From the NCBI GenBank assembly GCA_028709085.1, contig JAQVXQ010000001.1, forward strand, positions 16,545-80,544: a stretch of 64,000 nucleotides of DNA, written 5' to 3'. The notes below the pieces were generated by a model, which saw nothing but the letters and a program-made list of their open reading frames with translations, was not told the origin of the DNA and ran no database searches. The position numbers were made by a program, and so were the translations under genes. Position 1 is the first letter of the stretch. The number at the start of each line of letters is the position of its first letter. Positions 10,260 to 20,439 of the stretch are shown here, one piece after another. The stretch comes from Salinivirgaceae bacterium. GTDB taxonomy: Bacteria > Bacteroidota > Bacteroidia > Bacteroidales > Salinivirgaceae.

Positions 10260-11756
10260 TTAAGAAGTTAATTGTTGTGGAAGTTGGATTGTAAACGTCG
10301 ATCCTTCGCCCAATTGACTTTCAATATTTAAACTACCTTTCATAATTTCGATCACTAATTTCACATAACTCAGACCCAGTCCAAACCCTTTCACATTATG
10401 AGTGTTTCCAGTGGATGCTCTATAAAATTTCTCGAAAACCTTTTTTGTTGTCTCTTTACTCATTCCAATACCATTGTCGCAAACATCAATAAAAACGATC
10501 CCTTCTTTAATATAAGCTTTAATTTCAATAATAGGTCTTTTATCATTGTATTTTAATGAGTTATCGAGTAAATTATAGATGGAATTTATAAAATGATCCT
10601 CGTCAATATTGCAATAAATTTCCGACTCTTTACAATGGAACGTCAGATCGCCACTAAACTCTTTTATGCGAAGTTCAAAGCTTTGGATAATCCGATTAAT
10701 AATGGGAATAATGTCCATTTTTTCGGGTTTTAAAACCACCTCATCTCGTTCAAGGATAGCAATTTGCAAGATCCGTTCAATATGACGATGCATTCTGGCA
10801 GATTCTTGTTTTATGATGCTTGTAAACGCATTTTCAGGTATTTGGTGACTTTTCATGACGCTATTTAACGCATCGGTTGCCAAATTAATGGTTGCTATTG
10901 GGGTTTTGAATTCATGAGTCATATTATTAATAAAATCGTTTTTCACATCAGCAACTTTTTTTTGCCCAATGATCAAAGATACGGTTTTATAAAAGGCGGA
11001 AATAATAAAAACTAAAAAAACGATACTTGCTAAGAGTAACCAGCGCAAGGATTGAATTAAAATCTTTCCTCGGTTTGGAAATTTCACCATTAGCAACGGA
11101 GATTGTTCCATTAAAGCGCTAGGATAGAGGTCTATTTGATATTGCTCGGCTCCACTCTCACTAAAGAAGTTCTCCGACGAATAGACCGTTTTCTTTTTAT
11201 TTGGCTCATAAACAGCATATTCAATGGGAATATTCAAATTGTTTATGGTCTGCTCGTGGGCAATAATACCAGGCAAATCGCCAATCATTAATCGATCGCT
11301 CAAAGGAATTTTCCGCAACCGATATTCGAATTGTAACCACTCTGAAACGTGACGCATTTGATTATTTCTTGATGCCGACATCTCCTCAAGCTCTTTTATG
11401 GTAGCCTCAATGCTCAAGTAGTCCTTTCGACTTTCAAAATCGGTGTTTTTATGCACCTGTTGATCGAATTTATGTTTGGAACGCTTTAAACTATCAATTA
11501 ACCAATTAATGGAGTCAATTCCAGGCTGCATAACCGAAAACGATTGGCGTACTTGCATGGAGGCAGTATAAGTCATTAACGACTCTTGGCGTTCAAATCG
11601 AGCTGATATTCGGCTCAGCATCGTTTGAACAATTGCATCGAATTGCTTTCGATTCTCAATCAAAGCATTGCGTATCCACAAAGATTGGATAACTATAATT
11701 CCAATCATCGCAAATGCTAAAAATATAATTGTTGATCTAACCAGTCGTTTATGCAT
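10260..11756 (-). CDS. Sensor histidine kinase (HisKA + HATPase_c)
   Basis: 498 aa with 2 TM segments, H-box THEFKTPIATI, an N-box (LLDNSLKY) and G-boxes DNGIGM and GFGLGLSYV. Confidence 0.85.
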   Translation of the reverse strand: MHKRLVRSTIIFLAFAMIGIIVIQSLWIRNALIENRKQFDAIVQTMLSRISARFERQESLMTYTASMQVRQSFSVMQPGIDSINWLIDSLKRSKHKFDQQVHKNTDFESRKDYLSIEATIKELEEMSASRNNQMRHVSEWLQFEYRLRKIPLSDRLMIGDLPGIIAHEQTINNLNIPIEYAVYEPNKKKTVYSSENFFSESGAEQYQIDLYPSALMEQSPLLMVKFPNRGKILIQSLRWLLLASIVFLVFIISAFYKTVSLIIGQKKVADVKNDFINNMTHEFKTPIATINLATDALNSVMKSHQIPENAFTSIIKQESARMHRHIERILQIAILERDEVVLKPEKMDIIPIINRIIQSFELRIKEFSGDLTFHCKESEIYCNIDEDHFINSIYNLLDNSLKYNDKRPIIEIKAYIKEGIVFIDVCDNGIGMSKETTKKVFEKFYRASTGNTHNVKGFGLGLSYVKLVIEIMKGSLNIESQLGEGSTFTIQLPQQLTS

Positions 11757-12012
11757 TGTGTAAATTTCGTTTCCACAAAAATAGCAGGAAATATTGGCTC
11801 TCCAATCAATTTAAGATAACTTTAACTACGGTTTAATTTTCGATGCCATTAATATCCATATTTGTACAAGACACATAAGGCACAGATAATCAGCATAGAT
11901 AAAGGATATTGGAAGAGTTGTGATTTTTCAAAGGCTAAAAAACCGAGGAAAACTAAGGCGTAGAACTAATATTTTAATACCTTTATACGATGGATAATTA
12001 AAATAAGTGTAT

Positions 12013-13182
12013 ATGTTAAATATTGCATTATTTGGACCTCCAGGAGCAGGTAAAGGCACCCAGAGTCAATGGCTGATAGAAAAGTACAATTTGACTTATA
12101 TTTCAACAGGCGAAATCTTGCGAGAAGAAATTTTGGCAGGAACAAAGCTCGGATTAATGGCCAAAAATATCATTGAAAAAGGGGGATTGGCCTCCGATGA
12201 AATTATTGTGCAAATCATTGAAAATAAAATCACTAAGAATCCTGATGCGAATGGATTTTTGTTTGATGGATTTCCGCGAACCATAGTTCAATGCTATATT
12301 CTTGATGGTTTGCTCATGAAAATGAACACAAGTTTAACCTGTATGCTCAGTCTTGAAGTTCCTGAAGATGAACTTATAAGACGCTTAAGAGAACGTGCTA
12401 AAATTTCGAATCGTAAAGATGATAACGAAGTTGTAATTCAAGTTCGACTTAAAGAGTATTATGAAAAAACAGTTCCGGTATCGACCTACTATATGGATAA
12501 AAACATTTATTTTCCAGTCGATGGAACAGGAGAGATCCAGACAATCCAAAATCGATTATATAAAGCGGTTGAAAAATCCTTGGAAAATCAATGGGAAAAT
12601 ATAATTTTATTTGGCTATCCGGGCAGTGGAAAAGGTTCGCAAGCTAAAAAAATGGCTGAAAAGTTTAATTTGGTCTATATTTCAACAGGATCATTGTTGC
12701 GAAAGGAGATTAAACTTGAAACAGAAATTGGTAAATTAGCGAAACCTTATATGGACAAAGGTTCTATTGTTCCAGATGAATACGCTATTAAACTCATTGA
12801 GAAAATCATTCATGAGAATCCCAATTCGCGCGGTTTTATTTTTAAAGGATTTCCGCGAACAATTGTACAAGCATATATTGTTGAAGGAATGTTGCGTAGA
12901 TTAAATAGTACCATTACAGGTGCTATTGAAATTAAAGTTTCTCCATTAGAGGCGGTTCGACGGTTGGCATTGAGAAGTAAAACTGAAAAAAGTCGTTTGT
13001 ATGACATGGATACTGAATTAATAGTTTCAAGGCTTCAAGAGTACGAAGATAAAACTGTGCTGGCGCGAGATTTTTATGAAAAGAAAAACTTACTTTATGT
13101 CGTTGATGGCGAAGGCACTGAAGATGAGGTATTTGAACGCATTAGTGACCAACTAGAGAGAATGAAACGAAGAACTGTATAG
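12013..13182 (+). CDS. adk: Tandem (double-domain) adenylate kinase
   Basis: Two complete short-LID ADK units in one ORF. Unit 1 has GPPGAGKGTQ, STGEILR, FDGFPRT and NRKDDN. Unit 2 starts near nt 12589 and has GYPGSGKGSQ, STGSLLR and FKGFPRT. Start taken at ATG 12013 (track start 12007 is GTG). Confidence 0.85.
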   Translation: MLNIALFGPPGAGKGTQSQWLIEKYNLTYISTGEILREEILAGTKLGLMAKNIIEKGGLASDEIIVQIIENKITKNPDANGFLFDGFPRTIVQCYILDGLLMKMNTSLTCMLSLEVPEDELIRRLRERAKISNRKDDNEVVIQVRLKEYYEKTVPVSTYYMDKNIYFPVDGTGEIQTIQNRLYKAVEKSLENQWENIILFGYPGSGKGSQAKKMAEKFNLVYISTGSLLRKEIKLETEIGKLAKPYMDKGSIVPDEYAIKLIEKIIHENPNSRGFIFKGFPRTIVQAYIVEGMLRRLNSTITGAIEIKVSPLEAVRRLALRSKTEKSRLYDMDTELIVSRLQEYEDKTVLARDFYEKKNLLYVVDGEGTEDEVFERISDQLERMKRRTV

Positions 13183-13190
13183 ATATTCCT

Positions 13191-13230
13191 ATAGACGCGA
13201 ATTAACACAGTATAGTTCGCGTCTATTTTT
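13191..13230. terminator. Intrinsic terminator between convergent adk and TPR genes
   Basis: 11-bp perfect stem ATAGACGCGAA (13191-13201) / TTCGCGTCTAT (13216-13226), followed by TTTTT. Confidence 0.7.
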
Positions 13231-13317
13231 AGATTTCTATTTTCCTATAATTTATATTATGTAAAATAGGAATGTTAGAAATTAAGGGGAAACAAATTTC
13301 TTATCCCCCCTTAACAT

Positions 13318-14505
13318 TTAATTCTCTGTTTCCTCTGCTTTATGAATTAATTCATCCATTTCCTTTATTTTTTCTGAATAACCAGGTTTTCCCCTTAGTT
13401 GAAAATAGATTTGCTTAAGTTGTTTCATGCAATACATATCCGTTGGATTTATTTCCAACGCTCTTTCGAAATATTCTGTTGATTTAATAAATTCCTCTAA
13501 AGCCTTTTCTCTCATTGCATTATATGCGTCCACTTCTTGTGGTGGTATATCATTTGCTTGATTATTTAAATCAGCACCTTTGTTGAAAAACAACGCCCCC
13601 ATGTTAAATATAGCATCAAAATATTCAGGATCTAATTCTATGGCTTTATTATACGCTTCAAATGCTCCTTCTACATTATCTTTTTTATCGTAGAATGTTC
13701 CTTTAGCATAATGATATACTTTATTTGTCGGATCAATTTCAATTACTTTATTCAAATAATCGAGCGCAATGTCTAATTGATTTGCATTACTATAATGATC
13801 AATCAGAAGCAACATAAGAATTTGATTGTCAGCTATTTGGGCGATGCCATCTTGTAAGATCGTTACATACGCAGCGGTATCACCTTCCTTTAAGGTAATG
13901 TCGGCTATTCTTCGTATACAACCTACGGGTTCATAATTATTTTCTGCTGATAATTTATACTGAATTTTTGCAGCTTCTAGATTATTCGCCCTCTCATATG
14001 ACAGAGCAGTATTGTAATATACAACGTCTTCATTGAAATTAATTTCAGGTAGGTTGCCAATTTCTGATGACAATGTGAATTTTTTGGCAGCATTTATATA
14101 ATCTTTCTCTTCAAACAATTTAATACCATCATTAAAACATGTTACTCGGATGTAATTTAATTGAGTGATGGCATCTTTAGCAAAACGTCCACTTTTATCC
14201 TGAAATTTAATACTGTTTTTATAACTCAACACAGCTTCTTCCCATGGACTTTCATGCAGCTTCATATGTTCTGCTTTGTCTGATTCTGCAATTTTCTGAT
14301 AAATTATACCCCGATAATACCAAGCTTTTTCATCCTCCTTAGTATCCACATGGTTTATGGCTTCATCAATTGCCTTTTTTGCATCTGCATACCGTGTATT
14401 TCCTTGTTTAATTCCGTAATTATAAGCAGTAATTACATTGCGTTTTTGAGCATACCCTAGTGAAAAAACTAGTGTTAATACGCTTAAAGTTATTAGCTTC
14501 TTCAT
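13318..14505 (-). CDS. Secreted TPR-repeat protein (downstream of gyrA)
   Basis: 395 aa with a signal peptide and repeated A/Y/F-rich 34-residue TPR-like units (e.g. AFEAYNKAIELDPEY, YFERALEINPTD). Confidence 0.7.
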   Translation of the reverse strand: MKKLITLSVLTLVFSLGYAQKRNVITAYNYGIKQGNTRYADAKKAIDEAINHVDTKEDEKAWYYRGIIYQKIAESDKAEHMKLHESPWEEAVLSYKNSIKFQDKSGRFAKDAITQLNYIRVTCFNDGIKLFEEKDYINAAKKFTLSSEIGNLPEINFNEDVVYYNTALSYERANNLEAAKIQYKLSAENNYEPVGCIRRIADITLKEGDTAAYVTILQDGIAQIADNQILMLLLIDHYSNANQLDIALDYLNKVIEIDPTNKVYHYAKGTFYDKKDNVEGAFEAYNKAIELDPEYFDAIFNMGALFFNKGADLNNQANDIPPQEVDAYNAMREKALEEFIKSTEYFERALEINPTDMYCMKQLKQIYFQLRGKPGYSEKIKEMDELIHKAEETEN

Positions 14506-14535
14506 TTCTCCTTTTTTTTATGTTAGACTTAATTT

Positions 14536-17076
14536 CTATTCCTCACTTGTTTCCGATATTTGCGAATCGGTATCTGAATTATTCAAATCATCTGAATTTT
14601 CGGTTATTTCAAGATTTTCATCCTCAACTTCCTCGTCATCACTTGCAGCTACATGGGTAACGGCAGCTATTTGATCGTCGTTTTTCAGATTAATAACACG
14701 AACTCCTTGACCTGTTCTTCCAATTTGGCGAATTGCAGCTACTCCAGTTCGAATTGTAAGGCCTTTTCGAGTAATGATCATCAAGTCATCGGTGTCAATA
14801 ACACCTTTAATGGCAATCATTTGGCCTGTTTTCTCGGTTACGTTAAGGGTTTTAACCCCTTTCCCACCTCGTTTTGTTATTCTATAGTCGGCGATGGATG
14901 AACGCTTTCCAAATCCATTTTCCGATACAACCAAAATATCTTCTGATTCATCTTCAACAGCAATCATTCCCACAACACAATCATTTTTGGCAAGGGTTAT
15001 TCCTTTTACTCCCATGGAATTACGTCCAACGGTACGTACATCATTTTCGTTAAACCGAATGGCTTTTCCGGTGCGAACTCCAATAATGATCTCGCTTTTG
15101 CCAGCTGTCAATTTAACATCAATTAAACGATCGTCTTCCCTAATATTGATGGCTAAAATTCCGTTCTGACGCGGACGGCTATACTCTTCCAGCAATGTCT
15201 TTTTTATAATTCCTTCTTTTGTTGACATGACCAAATAATGCGAATTTATATACTCTTCATCTTTTAAATCTACGATGTTGATGTATGAGCGCACTGAATC
15301 GTCTTGTTCAATATTTAGGATGTTTTGAATTGCTCTACCTTTACTTGTTTTGCTACCTTCGGGTATTTCATATACTTTCATCCAGAAACATTTCCCTTTT
15401 TCTGTAAACAACATCATAGTGTTGTGCATTGAAGCAATGTAGATATGCTCCACAAAGTCTTCGTCGCGCGTTGTACTTCCTTTTGCGCCAACTCCTCCTC
15501 TGCTTTGCGTTTTATATTCTGTCAACGATGTTCGCTTAATATATCCTAAATTAGATATGGTAATTACCATATCTTCATCGGCATAAAAGTCTTCAGGATT
15601 AAATTCTTCCGCACTATGAACAATTTCTGTTCGTCGTTCGTCACCGTATTTGGTTTTAACTTCCATTAATTCGTTTGAAATAATTTCCATTCGTAAACCT
15701 TCATCAGCCAACACACTTCTATAATACTCAATTCGTTCTAAAAGCTCTTTATGCTCAGTTCGTAGTTTGTCTTGTTCCAGTCCAGTTAACTGTCCAAGTC
15801 TCATTTCAACAATGGCATGCGCTTGTTCAAGACTCAACGAGAATCGTTCCATAAGCCTACCTCTAGCATGCTCTCTGCTATCCGACGACTTAATAATTTG
15901 TATAACTTCATCAATATTATCGGATGCAATTATTAAACCTTCAAGTAGATGTGCTCTCTTTAGGGCTTGGTCCAATTCAAACTGAATCCTACGAATGGTA
16001 ACATCGTGGCGGTGCTCGATAAAATAATGAATTAATTCACGTAGATTTAATAATTTTGGCTTTCCATATACTAAAGCAATATTATTGACGCTAAACGTAG
16101 ATTGCAATGCTGTATACTTGTATAATTTGTTTAAGACAACATTCGCAATAGCATCACGCTTAATGTCATAAACAATTCTCATTCCGTCTCTATCCGATTC
16201 ATCATTAACGTTACTTATACCTTCAATTTTCTTATCCACAACTAAATCAGCGGTTTTTATAATCATTTCCGCTTTATTTACCATGTAAGGTATTTCAGTG
16301 ACAACAATTCGTTCACGACCATTACTATCCAATTCAATGGTTGCTTTTGCTCGTATTACAATACGTCCACGTCCTGTCTCAAGAGCATCTTTAATGCCTT
16401 GATAACCATATATAATACCCCCTGTTGGGAAATCAGGTCCTTTAACGATCGTACAAAGTTCTTCGATTGTAATATCTCGATTGTTAACATAGGCTAAACA
16501 GGCATCAATTACTTCGCTCAAATTGTGCGGTGCCATATTTGTTGCCATACCTACTGCAATACCGGAAACCCCATTAATTAGCAGGTTTGGTATTCGTGCC
16601 GGAAGTACTGTTGGTTCTTTTAAAGAGTCATCAAAGTTAAGTTGAAAATCAATGGTGTCTTTATCAATATCGGTCAACATCTCTTCCGTAATTTTCGCCA
16701 TGCGTGCTTCGGTATACCGCATTGCTGCTGGTGAATCACCATCAACGGAACCGAAATTTCCATGTCCATCAACCAACGGATAACGTAATGCCCATGGTTG
16801 AGCCATACGTACCATAGCACTATATACTGAGGAATCTCCGTGTGGGTGATATTTTCCTAAAACTTCTCCGACAATACGTGCCGATTTCTTATGAGGTTTT
16901 CCTGCCCATAGTGACAATTCGTTCATTGCGTAAAGAATCCGTCTGTGAACTGGTTTCATTCCATCTCTTACATCGGGCAAGGCTCGTGAAACAATTACCG
17001 ACATCGAATAATCGATGTAGGAACTTTTCATTTCGTCCTCAATGTTAATTCGAATAATGTTTTCTCCTTCTGTCAT
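14536..17076 (-). CDS. gyrA: DNA gyrase subunit A
   Basis: 846 aa with [21 protein letters not shown], the AAMRYTE active-site Tyr region, C-terminal beta-pinwheel repeats and an acidic tail. Confidence 0.95.
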   Translation of the reverse strand: MTEGENIIRINIEDEMKSSYIDYSMSVIVSRALPDVRDGMKPVHRRILYAMNELSLWAGKPHKKSARIVGEVLGKYHPHGDSSVYSAMVRMAQPWALRYPLVDGHGNFGSVDGDSPAAMRYTEARMAKITEEMLTDIDKDTIDFQLNFDDSLKEPTVLPARIPNLLINGVSGIAVGMATNMAPHNLSEVIDACLAYVNNRDITIEELCTIVKGPDFPTGGIIYGYQGIKDALETGRGRIVIRAKATIELDSNGRERIVVTEIPYMVNKAEMIIKTADLVVDKKIEGISNVNDESDRDGMRIVYDIKRDAIANVVLNKLYKYTALQSTFSVNNIALVYGKPKLLNLRELIHYFIEHRHDVTIRRIQFELDQALKRAHLLEGLIIASDNIDEVIQIIKSSDSREHARGRLMERFSLSLEQAHAIVEMRLGQLTGLEQDKLRTEHKELLERIEYYRSVLADEGLRMEIISNELMEVKTKYGDERRTEIVHSAEEFNPEDFYADEDMVITISNLGYIKRTSLTEYKTQSRGGVGAKGSTTRDEDFVEHIYIASMHNTMMLFTEKGKCFWMKVYEIPEGSKTSKGRAIQNILNIEQDDSVRSYINIVDLKDEEYINSHYLVMSTKEGIIKKTLLEEYSRPRQNGILAINIREDDRLIDVKLTAGKSEIIIGVRTGKAIRFNENDVRTVGRNSMGVKGITLAKNDCVVGMIAVEDESEDILVVSENGFGKRSSIADYRITKRGGKGVKTLNVTEKTGQMIAIKGVIDTDDLMIITRKGLTIRTGVAAIRQIGRTGQGVRVINLKNDDQIAAVTHVAASDDEEVEDENLEITENSDDLNNSDTDSQISETSEE

Positions 17077-17245
17077 TGTGTATTTTTAACTTCAGTTTAA
17101 CCTGCCAAAATTACAAATTTCGTTTGAAACTTGGTCACTTTGATGCTTAAACTTTATCAACATTAAAATGTTTGTATTACTGGATCAATAAATTCAATGA
17201 TTCTTATTACCTTTACAAGTTGAAAAAGATTATTTATTAGTATAT

Positions 17246-19747
17246 ATGGATGCAAAATTTTCACAACAGATTAAAGACATTATAACATATAGTCGCGAAG
17301 AGGCTATTCGTCTTGGAAATGATACTTTAGAAACAGATCACCTTTTTCTGGGACTATTGAGAGATGGAAAAGGATCTGCAATTGAAACTCTTTTAAGTCT
17401 TGATATTGACTTACTTGAGGTTCGAAGAAAAATAGAAAAAGATTTAAAAGAAGAACTCGTTTTAGATAAAGCAAAACAGATTGAACTACCGATTCGCAAT
17501 AATGCAGCTAGGGTTTTAAAATTGGTTTGGCTCGAAGCTCGGAAATTAAAAAGCGATATAATAGATACGGAACATTTGCTGTTGGCAATTTTACGTGACG
17601 AGTCTTGTCGAGCTGTAGCCGCTCTTCTTGATGAGGATGTTGATTATGATGCAGTTAAAGCTAGGGTTTCAGATAGCCCACAAAATTCGCGAAAAAACCC
17701 ATTTGGGGACGATGATGATGATGAGACTGAAGAACGTAGCGATTCGCCTGCAGATGGCTCAAAAACAAATTCTAAAACACCAGTTTTAGATAATTTTGGA
17801 ATTGATTTAACAAAAGCGGCAGAAGAAAACCGATTAGATCCCGTTGTTGGTCGTGAAGTTGAAATTGAACGATTGGCTCAAATTCTTAGCCGACGTAAGA
17901 AAAACAATCCCATACTTATAGGTGAACCCGGTGTTGGGAAGTCTGCCATTGTTGAGGGAATGGCCATTCGTATTGTCAAACGACAGGTTTCCAGAGTTTT
18001 GTTTAACAAGAGAGTTATAACCCTCGATTTAGCTTCATTGGTAGCTGGAACAAAATATAGAGGGCAATTTGAAGAACGAATTAAAGCAATTCTAAATGAA
18101 TTGTCAAAAACAACTGATGTCATTCTATTTATTGACGAAATACATACAATTGTAGGCGCTGGAGGCGCAACAGGGTCTCTTGATGCCGCCAATATGTTAA
18201 AACCTGCTTTGGCAAGAGGCGAAATACAATGTATTGGAGCCACTACCCTCGATGAATATCGCCAACATATTGAAAAAGACGGGGCATTGGAACGACGTTT
18301 TCAAAAAGTTATGGTAGAACCTACAAGCCCTGAACAGACACTTCATATACTAAATCAAATTAAACCCAAATACGAAGATCATCACAATGTAGAATACACT
18401 GATAAAGCGATTGAAGCGTGTGTGAAACTTTCCATGAGATATATTTCCGATCGTCATCTACCCGATAAGGCGATTGATGCATTGGATGAGGCTGGTTCCA
18501 GAGTTCATATTTCAAATATCCACGTTCCTGAACATGTAATTAAACTAGAAAATGATATAGAACATACTAAAGATCTTAAAATCAAATCGGTACATGAGCA
18601 AAATTTTGAAAAAGCTGCAAATTTTCGAGATGTTGAAAGGAAAATGATCGACGAATTGGACAAAGCGAAAAAACAGTGGGAAAATGATTTAGATAAACAT
18701 CGCGAAACCGTGGATGAAGAAAACATAGCAGAAGTAATTGCTATGATGACTGGCGTACCTGTTCGACGTATTGCTCAAGCCGAAGGACTTCGACTTTTGA
18801 ACATGGCGGAAGAGATTAGCGGAAGTGTGATTGGACAAGAACAGGCCATTGAAAAAATAGTGAAATCAATTCAGCGTAATCGGGCCGGATTAAAAGATCC
18901 CAATAAACCAATTGGAACATTTATTTTCTTAGGACCTACCGGTGTAGGTAAAACTCAATTAGCCAAAGTGTTAGCGGAATATTTATTTGATTCTTCCGAT
19001 GCACTGGTGCGAATTGATATGAGCGAGTTTATGGAAAAGTTTGCTGTTTCGCGTCTTGTTGGAGCTCCTCCCGGATATGTTGGTTATGAAGAAGGGGGTC
19101 AATTGACTGAAAAAATTCGTCGCAAACCATATAGTGTTGTGCTATTAGATGAAATTGAAAAAGCACATCCCGATGTATTTCACATTCTATTACAAGTACT
19201 CGACGAGGGAAGATTAACCGATAGTTTTGGACGTAGGATCGATTTCCGCAATACGTTAATAATTATGACCTCTAATATTGGAAGCCGTCAATTAAAAGAT
19301 TTCGGTTCCGGTGTTGGATTTATGACAAGTGCAAAGGAAAAATCCATGACAGATCATGCTAAAGGTGTGATTGAGAAAGCATTGAAACGTGCCTTTGCTC
19401 CTGAGTTTCTGAATCGAATAGACGACGTAATAATATTCAATCATTTAACTCAAGATGATATATTCAAAATAATTGATATTGAATTACTTGGCCTATATAA
19501 AAGGGTTAGTGAAATGGGATATAAACTCAAATTATCGACCGAGGCTAAAAACTTTATTGCGGAAAAAGGATTTGACCCCAATTATGGAGCTCGTCCTTTG
19601 AAGAGAGCGTTGCAAAAGTATCTGGAAGACGAAATGGCGGAAACGATTCTAAAGTCTGAGTTGAATGAAGGAGATACTATCCTAGTTGAGCATGATCCGA
19701 AAATTAATGCTGAAAAAGTACAGATAAGTATCAGTAAACTGCTGTGA
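17246..19747 (+). CDS. clpC: ClpC-type AAA+ chaperone / Clp protease ATP-binding subunit
   Basis: 833 aa with Clp_N repeats, two Walker A sites (GEPGVGKS, GPTGVGKT), a UVR-like middle motif (FEKAANFRDVE) and the GARPLKR signature. Confidence 0.9.
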   Translation: MDAKFSQQIKDIITYSREEAIRLGNDTLETDHLFLGLLRDGKGSAIETLLSLDIDLLEVRRKIEKDLKEELVLDKAKQIELPIRNNAARVLKLVWLEARKLKSDIIDTEHLLLAILRDESCRAVAALLDEDVDYDAVKARVSDSPQNSRKNPFGDDDDDETEERSDSPADGSKTNSKTPVLDNFGIDLTKAAEENRLDPVVGREVEIERLAQILSRRKKNNPILIGEPGVGKSAIVEGMAIRIVKRQVSRVLFNKRVITLDLASLVAGTKYRGQFEERIKAILNELSKTTDVILFIDEIHTIVGAGGATGSLDAANMLKPALARGEIQCIGATTLDEYRQHIEKDGALERRFQKVMVEPTSPEQTLHILNQIKPKYEDHHNVEYTDKAIEACVKLSMRYISDRHLPDKAIDALDEAGSRVHISNIHVPEHVIKLENDIEHTKDLKIKSVHEQNFEKAANFRDVERKMIDELDKAKKQWENDLDKHRETVDEENIAEVIAMMTGVPVRRIAQAEGLRLLNMAEEISGSVIGQEQAIEKIVKSIQRNRAGLKDPNKPIGTFIFLGPTGVGKTQLAKVLAEYLFDSSDALVRIDMSEFMEKFAVSRLVGAPPGYVGYEEGGQLTEKIRRKPYSVVLLDEIEKAHPDVFHILLQVLDEGRLTDSFGRRIDFRNTLIIMTSNIGSRQLKDFGSGVGFMTSAKEKSMTDHAKGVIEKALKRAFAPEFLNRIDDVIIFNHLTQDDIFKIIDIELLGLYKRVSEMGYKLKLSTEAKNFIAEKGFDPNYGARPLKRALQKYLEDEMAETILKSELNEGDTILVEHDPKINAEKVQISISKLL

Positions 19748-19811
19748 AATTTAAACATCTTTTAGTAATGACTGTTTCATTACCATTGTGAAACTTTTAA
19801 AAATTTTAAAA

Positions 19812-20318
19812 ATGAGTAATTCAAAAAGTATATTGTTTGGTGGCAACGCACTAAAGTTAGCTGGAAACGAGATAAAAATTGGGGACAAAGCTCCTGAATT
19901 TACAGTGGTTGGCAATGATTTAAAACCCGTTACATTGAGTCAATTTAAAGGAAAAAATAAAATAATAAGTGTTTTCCCATCAATTGATACGCCAGTATGT
20001 GCGGTACAAAACAGAGTGTTTAATAAACGTATTGCAGAACTCGAGAATACAGTTGTATTGAGTATTTCCGTTGATTTGCCGTTTGCTCAAAGTCGATTTT
20101 GCGGTGCCGAAGGTATTGATAAAGTTATAACCCTATCGGATCATAAAGAACTTGATTTTGGCAAAAAATATGGTTTTTTAATTAATGAAGTGCGCCTATT
20201 GGCCAGAGGAATTGTTGTTGTGGGTAAAAATGATAACGTTGTTTACATTGAGTATGTTCCTAATGTAGGCGAAGAACCTAATTATGAAAAAGCAATAAAC
20301 GCTGTTAAATCTCTCTAA
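19812..20318 (+). CDS. tpx: Thiol peroxidase
   Basis: Start taken at MSNSKSILFGG. Carries the Tpx motif FPSIDTPVCA and a resolving-Cys region (FAQSRFCGAEG). Confidence 0.85.
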   Translation: MSNSKSILFGGNALKLAGNEIKIGDKAPEFTVVGNDLKPVTLSQFKGKNKIISVFPSIDTPVCAVQNRVFNKRIAELENTVVLSISVDLPFAQSRFCGAEGIDKVITLSDHKELDFGKKYGFLINEVRLLARGIVVVGKNDNVVYIEYVPNVGEEPNYEKAINAVKSL

Positions 20319-20360
20319 ATTATAATTCTAGAAAAACTTGTATATATATAAATAATTAAG

Positions 20361-20395
20361 CCGTTATGTTTGATAAAACATAGCGGTTTTTTTTT
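20361..20395 (+). terminator. Intrinsic terminator after tpx
   Basis: Stem CCGTTATGTTT / AAACATAGCGG (one mismatch) followed by T9. Confidence 0.6.
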
Positions 20396-20414
20396 GGTGG
20401 GAAGCAAAACTTAG

Positions 20415-20422
20415 TAACTTTG
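20415..20422 (+). promoter_or_regulatory. Candidate -7 box (TAACTTTG) for the transporter-NTase-kinase operon
   Basis: Exact TAnnTTTG 18 nt upstream of ATG 20440. Confidence 0.45.
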
Positions 20423-20439
20423 GTCAAAAATTTTCAAGT

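Noticed and set aside
17077-17245. gyrA-clpC divergent intergenic region, considered as a replication-origin-like region
   Set aside because: No cluster of DnaA-box-like (TTATCCACA) sequences is present and no dnaA or dnaN is nearby. It is just a divergent promoter region.
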